A DNA stretch of 63,771 nucleotides, counting the filler, from Reclinomonas americana ATCC 50394 (lineage: Eukaryota), in NCBI GenBank assembly GCA_048213135.1. It is 15 parts of 15 records of this genome, joined end to end, with 100 filler letters (N's around TTAATTAATTAA, not from the genome) between each part and the next. Parts side by side here need not be neighbours in the genome. Positions count along the whole stretch, not along the records: positions 10,421 to 14,312 come from AFZH01020588.1; positions 14,413 to 17,918 come from AFZH01020589.1; positions 18,019 to 20,478 come from AFZH01020590.1; 12 more parts are not named here. The stretch is one strand, 5' to 3'. Positions 10,448 through 20,404 of this stretch are shown here, piece by piece (the stretch's first letter is position 1; each line of letters starts with the position of its first letter). The position numbers and the translations under genes are program-made. The notes beneath the pieces were generated by a model. It saw only the letters and a program-made list of their open reading frames with translations. It had not been told where the DNA came from and did not search any database.

Positions 10448-13400
10448 TCTCCCTTCTCCCTGACAGGTCACCTGGGCGACTCACCATCACTCATCGCCCT
10501 TCAAGAGGCCGCGGCTGGCGTGTCGGCAACAGAGCCACTGGCACCAACCGTCGCCGCTCTGCTCAGCGGTTTCCTCAGCATTGCCGAGACGCTGCGGCAA
10601 GACGACGCATGTGTGCACTGCCTGCAGCGACGAACGCAGCTGGCTCGGCAGCAAGTGGAGCAACTCGAGCACACCCGCACGCAGTTCAAGGAGGCTCTTG
10701 ATGGTGCGCGCGATCTCCTTCTCCCTCACACTGGTGACATCAGTGACTGACTGGATTCGCAGCCTCCAACGCCAAGCGCGTCATCCTCCAGCCCGACGGT
10801 CTCATGGCGGCGGCCTCGCGCGAGTACTACGATCGAGCCAACGATTTTATCGACGCTCAATACCAGCTGAGCAAGCTGCGACTGAGTGGCGCCTGGGCCA
10901 CGGTGAGATCGTAGTTTTTTCAATTTCACAGCACCAAAAAATGACTCTCTGCTCATTCGATACGCGTGCAGTGCCTGCTCGAGGCGGAGGAAAAGGTGTT
11001 CCACGCGCAGCAGCTGGTGCGACGAGCCGAGGAGCTATTGTTGCCACTGCAGGAGCAACTGGAGACCGGCAACGTCGTCGTTGCGTCCAGTGTCCTTTCT
11101 GCTTTCTCTCTCCCTTCCCCACTCACTTCTCTCCTCGTGCAGACACATTGCCCAGAGATTCAACTCCTGGTGCACGCGCTGACCAAACCCGACGGCAGTG
11201 GCGGCCTGGCTACCGTCATTGCTCCGCACGTACCGCCACTGGTGCGCCGCATGTTGCCGGCCGCGGTGCTGCAGCCGCCCATTTTTGTCGAGCGCTCCAT
11301 TCGCGATTTCCAGCAGGTCCAGACGATTCGAGGTGAGTAGCCACGCGCTTGTTGACCCGTGCCCTGGCTCTCCTCAAATATCCTTTCGCACAGGTGCACT
11401 CCGAGCCTCGCGGGCAACATTCGGTGGCAACTCCGTGGTCGTCAAGGTGTACTCGATTGTCGCCAACGAATCGGACCTGGCCACTGCCGTCAATCAGTTG
11501 TGGTGAGCAAGTTGCCTTGCTGTCGACATATTCCTCCGTCTCACGAGTGCGCGCCTGGCAGGGTCACGCAAAATGTGCACCACCGCAGCATCGCGCGCGT
11601 TGATGCCGTGTTTGTGGAGGGCCAGACGCTGTGCATTCAGTTGCCGTTCTATGATGGCCATCACTTGAGCTCGTGGGTGCGCGAGTGCCGGCCGAAGGGC
11701 GACGAGGTCCGCGCCGTCTTCCGGCAACTGGCCGAGGTGAGTGGCAATATTTCAGAAGCATCGCTTGCGTTGCAGTTGTTGACTGTTGCCATCGTCGCAT
11801 CAGGCTCTGGCGTACTTGCACGAAAATGGCATCGTGCATGCCCACCTGGTGGACGAGAACATGATTGTGTCGCCCGACAACAACCTCACTCTCCTCGGAT
11901 TCTCGAACGCCGTCTCCACTCGGCAGTCACTCATCCTACCACGACGAGGTTTCCTCGAAAGCGGTGAGATGCAAGATGATTGCTCACCACCTCAAGTATC
12001 TCGTTTCTCATCTTTCGGCACAGTGCGAGCGGCATACGAGGACGCCATGCCTCCAGAGGCCATTGACAATGAACTGCAGGCCGCCGGCTCGCTCGATGTG
12101 TGGCGATTCGGCGCCCTCCTGCTCTGGTTTGCGTCATCCTCACCTAAACCTCTCCCCCTCTCCCCACTCACATGCGAGTCGCAGGGCCATGACGGCCGGT
12201 CAAGGCACCATACACTACGTAGAGGGTGACAGCACGCCGTGTTTGGGTGGAGTCGCCTCGCTTCCGCACGAGGCCATTCTGCTGCTGGAGAGCGTGCTCC
12301 GTCGAGAGCCGGCCGAGAGAATATCGGCGGCCGACTGCTGCTCACACGCCTTTTTCTTGATGTCGTCGGAGCGGGCGCTGGAGAGCATTCTACCGTCGCA
12401 GGCCTCCAAGATCTCCATGGTGCAGTCGGCCATTGCGCAAGTGCAGCTGTACTCTTCGTTCTCGGTGCGCATCGGGCCGCAACAGACACTGGTGGACGGC
12501 TTTTTCGAGTCGTTCTGCACGGCCGCGCGTCGCGACCCGGATCTCTGGCTGCGCCGACTGTACGCCTTTACCGGTCCCTCGCACACGGAGCCGCAGCAGT
12601 TTTTCGTCACTCTGTTTGACGCACTCGCTCACCACCGCCTCTTTGAGAGTCGCTCCTCGCGCCAGCATGCGTGTCTGCCAGCGGTCGACGAGCAACTCAC
12701 CGACGCTGATGTGGCGCGCTTTGAGGTGAGTGCGGATAGAGGGAGGGAGGACGAGAAGAGAGGTTGTAGAGCTCATGTGTCGTGCAGGGCATTGGCATGG
12801 CGATTGGGCGATGCCTGCTGGAGGGCAAACCGGTGCACACTCTCGGCGCCCTCTCCAACGTGGTCTACAAGCACATCTGCGCGCCGCCCGGCAGCGACAC
12901 GCCCTTCAATTTCGCCGACATGGAGGCCTTTGACGACACCAATGCGCGACGCATCTCCTCGTGGTTGCAGCACAGCAATGGTGACGCGGCGGCGCTGGAT
13001 TTGTGCTTTTCCGATGTTGGTGAGTGTTTGTGCGAGTGAGTTCAGCAGTTCCTCGGGTTTCTGACTTGCTTTTTTTCGCAGGGGATGCACCGAGACGCGT
13101 GCAAAATCCCACACAGATTCGGCACTACGTGGCGAGGTACATTCGTCGCGAGTTGATTGATCGGCGGCGGGAGGGTCTCGACGCCATTCGCGATGGATTC
13201 TGGCGCCTGATGGACTTGCTGCAGTGCGTTTTCAGTCAAGTGAAGGAAGGTCAAAGGGTTTTGTTGCTGACACACTCTTCTTCGCACACTGCAGGCTGAG
13301 CCACCAGATGCGCATGCTCAACCACTCGGATCTGCTGGCGCTGCTGCTGGGCGTGCCCGAGGCACAGGTGACGCCCGGAGAGAGCTCGGCGGCGGCACGG

Positions 13401-13577
13401 GCGGGCAATCTGATGTCCACGCCGCGTCGCGTGCGTGCCAACACCATCAGCAGTGCGTCGCCGGCTCGCGATGCGGCAGTGGCGGCGGCAGCGGCAGCGG
13501 CGGCGACTGTCGCGCAGTCTACACCGAGCAAACGCCGAGTGCGACCGACGACTGCCAGCGCCGTGGATGCCACGTGA
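10448..13577 (+). CDS. Multi-exon protein: helical N-terminus, pseudokinase domain, then HECT N-lobe-like region lacking the C-lobe; 5' incomplete
   Basis: Kinase scaffold: VVVKVY, HHRSIARVDAVF, ALAYLHENGIVHAHLVDENM, LLGFS, PPE, DVWRFG, RISAADCCSHAFF. HECT-like part: RFEGIGMAIGRCLLEG, VVYKHI, DMEAFD, LDLCFS, GLDAIRDGFW, DLLALLLG. A low-complexity tail follows, then the stop at 13577. Confidence 0.72.
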
Positions 13578-13969
13578 TTCTTTTTTGTTTGTTTTTTGTT
13601 TGTCTTTGTTGTGTTGCCTGTGTTGTAATGTTCCTCGCAGTTGCAAGAGCGCTGCGAAGTGTTGTTGTTGTAAAACGGTTTGTAAACTTTTGTTGAAGAA
13701 TGACGGCGTTCCAGATCGCGATTGCGCACTGGTCGATTGCGGTCCGAGACTCGCTTGGCATCGAGTCCGCCACCGGTTGGCTCCGCAGCTGCCGTCGCCG
13801 CTGCTGCTTCTCTGTCACCATCGCCGGGCTCTCCCAACACGGTCGACGCTGTTGATTGCGGCAAGGCAGTGGTGACCACGGAGAAATCCGAATGGTTGCA
13901 CATCTTGAACGGCTGTTGGATGTGCCACTGAAACCCAAGGTGTGGACAAATAGTAGCGGGAGAGTGAAA

Positions 13970-14312
13970 GAGAATGGGAGCGGGAGAGCGAGAGAAAGGG
14001 AGCGGGGGTGACAGAAAGGGAGCGGCAGGGCGACAGAAAGGGAGAGGGAGAGAGAGAAAGGGAGCGGGAGAGAGAGAATGAGAGCGGCAGCGAGAGTAAG
14101 GGAGAGGGAGCGAGAGAAAGGGAGAGGGAGCGAGAGAAAGGGAGTGGCAGCGTGAGAAAGGGAGTGGCAGCGTGAGAAAGGGAGTGGCAGCGACAGAAAG
14201 GGAGCGGGAGAGAGAAAGGGAGTGACAGCGAAAGGGAAAGGGAGCGGGAGTGAGAGAGAAAGGGAGCGGGAGTGAGAGAAAGGGAGCGGGAGAGAGAGAA
14301 AGGGAGTGGGAG
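13970..14312. repeat. 20-bp GA-rich minisatellite (GGGAGCGGGAGAGAGAGAAA-like)
   Basis: Tandem units running into a gap. Confidence 0.85.
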
Positions 14313-14681
14313 NNNNNNNNNNNNNNNNNNNNNNNNNNNNNNNNNNNNNNNNNNNNTTAATTAATTAANNNNNNNNNNNNNNNNNNNNNNNNNNNNNNNN
14401 NNNNNNNNNNNNGGTGGCAACTGTGTTGCTGCGCGGCCTGTTTGTGTTTCTTGATACCGACGTAAAGAAACGGATCCTTCTCACTCACGACGCTGTCCAT
14501 GACGCACCCGCACGCAGTTGCAGAAATGCTCCATTATTCCCACTCCTGTTCCTGCAGGAGAAGTTTTGTTGCGCACGAGTGGCACACTGTCGCTCCGCGG
14601 CCAGAGAGCGACTGCGCGAGACCGCAGCCTGACGGCTGTGTGAAGGCTGCTTCTGATGGCAAGCCTGTACGTAAGCTACTC

Positions 14682-15045
14682 TCACTTGCCACTCGGATAA
14701 CAGTCACCGCCGTCCATCAGCTTGTCGACCAACGCCTTGGCCAGAGTGCAATTGTGCTGCAACAAGGAAGAAGGATGAGCCTTGTTCGTTTCCTCGTCAA
14801 GACACTCCCAAACTCACCGCCGTGGCAAGTGTGGCAACCTCGCGCGTGCATCTTCGGCGGCCCCACTCAGTTCGCTTTGTCGCGCAGTCCACGAGAGCAG
14901 CGGCTCTGCGGGTGGGGAATAAGGGGGGGAGGAATGAGGGAAAAGGGAGGGAAAGGAGTGAGAAGGTGAGAGAAGAGAGAGAGCGCGCGATTGAGAAAAT
15001 GAGAGAGAGAATGAGAGAATTAGAGAGAGAAAGAATGGGAAAGAA

Positions 15046-15089
<44 letters not shown>

Positions 15090-16336
15090 GGAGAGACAGA
15101 GTGGGAGGAAGAGAGAATGACAGAGGAAGAGAGCGAGAAAGAGAGAGTGAGAAAAACAAGCGAGACAAGAAGACTGACAGTGCGAGAGACAGAACGAGAG
15201 AAAATGTGAACGCACGTGTGATGAGCAGAGAGAGAAGCAATTGTGACAAGCAGACTGAGAGTGAGGGAGCAAGCAAGAAAAACGAGGAAGAGAGAGAAAG
15301 GGAGAGCGCAGGCGAGAGAAAAGGAGAAAGACAGTGAGAGAGCAAGTAAACAAGCAGACTGAGAGAGAGAGAGAGAGCGGAAGGGAGAAAGAGAGCAGGC
15401 GAGAAAAAAAGGAGAAAGAGCGTGAGAGCAAGTAAACAAGCAGACTGAGAGCGAGAGAGAGAAAGAGAGCAGGCGAGAAAGAGCGAAAGTGCGAAAGCGA
15501 GTGACAAGCAAAGAAAGATGGAAGGAGTGCGAGCAAGTGACACAAGCAGAGCGAGAGAGAGAGGGAGAGAGAGAGAGAGGAATTGTGACAAGGCTGAGTG
15601 AGAAATCAAACAAGAGAGAAAGGGAGCAGAGAAAGACGTAAAGTGAGAGAAAGTAAACAAGCAGACTGAGTGTGACAGAGCAGTCGAAAAAGAGAGAAAG
15701 CAAATGAGACAATCAGGGAGAGAATGAGAGAGAGAGAGAGAGAGCAGGCAAGAGGAAGAGAGAGAAGGAGAGAAAGATAGAGCACGGAGAGAAAGCAAGT
15801 GAGACAAACAGAGTGAGAGTGAGAGAGAGTTGTCTGTCGAGTCGCTTCCTGTCTCCGTCTTCCCTCCCTTCACCTTATCTCACTGCAGGCCAACTGCACA
15901 CAATCCTCGCCCATCTTGCTCATGCCGCCCTCGCGCACATCCCACGCATGCACCAGTTCGTGCGCCACACACTCGCCCACCTCACTCGCCCGTCGCAACG
16001 CATCACAGCAGACGACAATGCGATGGTGTGCCACCTCGTAAAAAGCACGCACTCCACTGCCAGGAGAGGCAGAAGAAGCAGAGGAGGAGGCGCAGTTGGC
16101 GCGGCACTCGACAGTTGGTGGCGGTGAGGAGGTGAAGGAGCGGTACTGTGGAAGGGAGGGAAGGGAGGGAGAAGGGAGTGAGGAGAAGGGGAAGGAAGGC
16201 AAGTGAGTGAGAGAGCGAGAGAGTGAAAGGGTGAGTGAGTGAGGGAGTGAGTGAGTGAGTGAGTGAAGGAGGGAGGGAGGGAGAGAGAGTGAGAGAGAGC
16301 GAGAATGAGAGAGATACACAGAGAGTGAGTGAGTGA

Positions 16337-16367
<31 letters not shown>

Positions 16368-16639
16368 ACGAGTGAGATGACGAGGAGACACCGTGGCTTT
16401 CTCTCTCACTCACACGTCTCTCTCTCACACACACACTCTCTCTCTCTCACTCACTGCTTCACTGCATTCACTGCATTCACTGCACTCACTCACTCTCTCT
16501 CTCTCTCTCTCTCCATGCACATGCAGAAGATCATTGTGTCTCTCTTGTGTGCATTATGGCGTACCATGGCAGAGGAGAGTGGATGCGTTCGCAGATGTGT
16601 TTCCACGGCTGCGCGACAGGCGTCTTCGTCGACTCCCAT
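14682..16639 (-). CDS. ATP23: ATP23/KUB3-like metalloprotease (peptidase M76); 4 exons
   Basis: Spliced: MGVDEDACRAAVETHLRTHPLSSAM/YRS...HRIVVCCD...VAHELVHAWD...DCVQLACSEIR/AAALVDC...CTREVATLATA/HNCTLAKALVDKLMDGGDCYPSGK*. HExxH plus ACSEIRA is the family signature. The terminal exons are less certain. Confidence 0.82.
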
Positions 16640-16914
16640 TGCCAATACAACAAGAAAGTGATTGCAATCACGCAGGACAACTCTTGCAAATGCTGAAGGG
16701 TGCACAGAGACAAAGTAACAGTTTGTAGTCTCGCTCGCTCTCTCTCTCTCTCTCTCTTGAGAGAGAAAGTGCAGGAAGCCTTTGAGTGCGATGATACTGC
16801 GATGGACGTCGATGAAAACCGTATTCGAACACGAAAGTTGCAGTGCTATTGAATCACAGCTTTCTGCGTGTGGCACAGGCTAGGTACCACTGCGCAGTGC
16901 CTCCCTTCGACAGA

Positions 16915-17290
16915 GGGAGTGCAGCAAGCCTTCAGGCCCTCAGATGCGATGACAGTGCGACTGGAAGATGAAAACCAATTGCAAGTTCTGTTGAACGAGA
17001 CGAAGAACAAGGGCATGCTGCAGGTTGTGCACGCAAGGCTACTGTGCGAAGTATCTCTCTCTGTTACAGCAAGTGCACCAGACTTTCAGGCACGAGGAAA
17101 CCACGATCGCAAGACGAAAACCGAACACGACAAGCGCTGCTTAACGAGACGAAGAACAAGGGCTTGCTGCATGCGACACAGGCAAAGCAACTGTGTGCAG
17201 TATCTCTCTCTGTTACCGCAAGTGCAGCAAGCCCTCAGGCGCGAGGATACCGCGATCGGAAGTCGAAAACCGAACATGACAAACCGACGA
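16915..17290. repeat. Degenerate ~150-bp tandem repeat (2-3 copies), intergenic
   Basis: AACGAGACGAAGAACAAGGGC at ~16994 and ~17143. GTATCTCTCTCTGTTAC.GCAAGTGCA at ~17051 and ~17200. GCAGCAAGCC.TCAGGC at ~16921 and ~17224. Confidence 0.8.
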
Positions 17291-17564
17291 CGTCGCGATC
17301 GACAGGCCGGCTGTCATCGCTCTCCTCGTGAACGCAAACAGGAGCACCACAGAAGACAAGGTCTCCGCAGAGAAAAAGCGTACATAAGCGAACAGAAAGG
17401 AGCAGCCTCGATCGCGATCGATATCGATATCGTAATAAATTGCAAGTTTCGCAGCGACAGCAGCAATCGCCCTCTCCGCTCTCCTGTCTTCCAGCACACT
17501 CGCGCCACAGTTGTCAACATGCATATGCATGTCCTGCATCCACCACACTGTAATCTATCAAAAA

Positions 17565-17871
17565 ATGCGCGCGGAAAACTTCCACATTCTCCGCGCCTCC
17601 TCCGACGCCACCTCCGACGTGCGCATCTCTCTGGCTGCATCGCAGACAGCATGTGCACTGCAAGTTCGCGCGCTGGGCGGTTCTGTGTGGACCACACATG
17701 CGGAGCGATGCAGTGAGGAGTCGACCTTTCCCGTCGCGCAACGCCCACCTGCGCCGAATGTGGTGTTGTACACGGCGGAGGAGGAGGAGAGAGGAGTGGC
17801 GAAGAGTGTGGTTGGTGGGTGGATATGGGGGGAGGAGAGAGAGGAGAGGGAGAGGGAGCAGGGGAAGGGAG

Positions 17872-17918
<47 letters not shown>

Positions 17919-18658
17919 NNNNNNNNNNNNNNNNNNNNNNNNNNNNNNNNNNNNNNNNNNNNTTAATTAATTAANNNNNNNNNNNNNNNNNNNNNNNNNN
18001 NNNNNNNNNNNNNNNNNNCCCTCTTCCCTCTTCCCTCTTCCCTCTTCCCTCTTCCCTCTTCCCTCTTCCCTCTCCCCTCTTCCCTCTCCCTCTTCCCTCT
18101 TCCCTCTTCCCTCTCCCTCTCCCTCCCCATCGCTCACTCCATTACACCACAGTGGAGGGCGCAATCAACGGACACCCCAGTGCGCCCGGTGAGCAGTGCG
18201 GACTGTGGTTGTACCACTCTGACGACGACTGGATCAAGGTCTCCGCTCTCCACCCGCCCGCTTGCTTCTCTTTTGCTTACTGCTCGCGTGTCGATGCTCA
18301 GCTCTGCTGTGAGAGGTCGCGCAGTGCGCCACTGGCCGCTGTGTTTGCGGTGCAGCAGTGCGGTGAACCGCGAGTCGTGGGTAAGGTCGTGTCGTCCGAG
18401 GTGCAACCGGGTGCGTCGTAACCAGCTCCTCTCATAACCGTGCTCGTTGCTGACTTCTTTTGGGGGGCAGGAATGCCGGTCCACTTGCGACTGACGGCGC
18501 ACGCCGATGGCACGGTGAGCGCAGCGGTCAACGGAGAGGTGCTCAGCACGACGGCGTCGGTGGAGGGCGCCGTGCAATGGACGCCGGCGGTGGCGGCGCA
18601 CGGCGGGAGTGGCGAGAACGTGTTTGCGGTGGAGGATTTCCGTGTGGCGTACGAGTGA
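17565..18658 (+). CDS. DUF1349 / concanavalin-A-like beta-sandwich protein; multi-exon, crosses gap 17919-18018
   Basis: EQCGLWLYHSDDDWIK/LCCERS...VFAVQ...VHLRLT...VSAAVNG...VFAVEDFRV resembles the xQxGLxxxxDxxxWIK motif of DUF1349 proteins. Assignment is by eye only. Confidence 0.55.
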
Positions 18659-18757
18659 GCCACAATGCACAATGTGGGTAGATGGTGAAAGAAACACTCT
18701 GGTGCGACCAGAAACTGGCACTTACTGCGGCGCCCTCTCCTCAGTGCTCTCCATTGA

Positions 18758-19691
18758 TCATCTTTCTTGTACAGCCTCCCCTTCCAACAACAACTGCTTT
18801 TGCTTGAACACCCGCACTCCTGCATCCTCCGCAATGAAGCAATTCAGCACCAGCGCCGGCAGCGGGTAGCCGTCGTCGTCGTCGTCTTCCTCCTCCTCCT
18901 CATGCAGCTCCCGCACAGCCTGCAGCGCTCGTCGTGCCTGGTCATACTCATTCTCCACGGCGACCAGCACGATGCGACGCGCTTCGCCCAGGCGCGCCGG
19001 ATCCAGTGCCCGGCCGAGGAGGTTGTGTCGCAGGGCATGCACAATCATGCGTCGCTCGGCAGTGACTCGGTCTTGCAGCCACGGGTTGGCCACTTCGCGA
19101 TCGGCGCAACCCTCCGATGCTTGCTCCCTCAGTCCATCGACATTGTCGAGAGCCAGGAGGTGCTCGATCTCACGGAGGGCAACGGTGACGGGCCGTGCCG
19201 GATGCCACTCGTCTCGCGACAGCAGTGGCACGTTGTGGCACTTGCAACGAAGAGAGAAGAACACGGCACTCTGATCTTTGCTGTCAGAGAGCCTCGAGCT
19301 CGCGTGGCCATGGAAGTACGGCGACATGAGATCCAGGCCGATGGCCACTTCAGGAGGGCCGAACGGGTAATCCTGCGGCAACGTCATCCTCACCGGCACG
19401 AGAATGCCCGCAAACGGACCCTCTGCGAGAGGAGAAGCGTGAGGACGATGAGTGTATTGCAGCGCAGCGTGTGTGTGTGACGCAACGTGAGGGTCTCACA
19501 AGGAAATCGAGGACCTCCGGCGACCCGGTGGCGCCGCTGCCGATCGGTGGCGGGGCCATTTGCACCGTCTCTTCAGTGGCGATGAAACTCCGCGTGCCGT
19601 CGGCGATCTGTGACGCTTCGGTGACGGGGAGCGGCAGGTCTTGGAGGAAGTCTTTCAGCTCGCGCTGCACTCGCCGCAGTCGAGCAGTCAT
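18758..19691 (-). CDS. Ubiquitin-conjugating (E2/UEV)-like domain protein with a C-terminal extension; intron 19423-19486
   Basis: MTARLRRVQRELKDF...FLVRPS/QGPFAGILVPVRMTLPQDYPFGPPEV...DEWHPA..VTVALREIEHLL follows the UBC fold pattern (RxxxEL, YPFxPP, WxPA). Confidence 0.8.
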
Positions 19692-20404
19692 CCTCGCTCA
19701 GCAGCTTGGGGAGTAAAAACAAACCTGTCATAGAGTTGCCGGAAATCGCATCACGAACATTCGCAATTTCAAGTAGTGGTCCGGACATCACCGCTCTGCA
19801 ATCGACAGCGAGCCAAGGGACAGCCGTCACCACCCTCCTTTCTGCGAGAGACCACCTGCTGCTGAATGATGGGGGATGGCCATGGGGATCCGGATCCCAC
19901 AAAGCCGGCGCCTGTGAAGTCGCGATCGCAACTGCAACGAAAACCCGACCAGTTCCTCTTCGGGTCAACTGGTGTACTCTTTATCCTCTATTCTTGACAC
20001 TTGTGCCTCGTGCTTGACGCTGGGCGTTGCACGTTTGAGACCAAGAAATTGGGATTTGTGGTCATTTGTCGCAGTGTTTTGTGGTTTGATCATGCAGCTG
20101 TGTGGCTGTTTGCATAAGTAAACGTAATTGTGTGCTTTGTACGTTATCGGTGTGCTCAGGCCATTGTAGGCAAGGGATTTGTGGACGTTTCTCACAATAT
20201 TGCAATGTGGTACGTGTTTTGTTGCAAGCCTCTGAATTCTAAGTCGCAACTGCAACGAAAGCCTGACCAGTTCTTCACCTGGCATGTACTCTTTATCCTC
20301 TTTTACACTTGCGCTTCATGCTTAGACCAAGAAAGCCTCCGAAGTCACTCTTCGGGACATCCCTTTGCGATCCTTTGCCTTCATCTCTCCGTCGCGTGAT
20401 CACC

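Noticed and set aside
13700..14500. Possible small minus-strand gene (MDSVVSEKDPFLYVGIKK... plus an exon near 13700-13930)
   Set aside because: Interrupted by a gap, with no recognisable motif and an ambiguous frame; not supportable.
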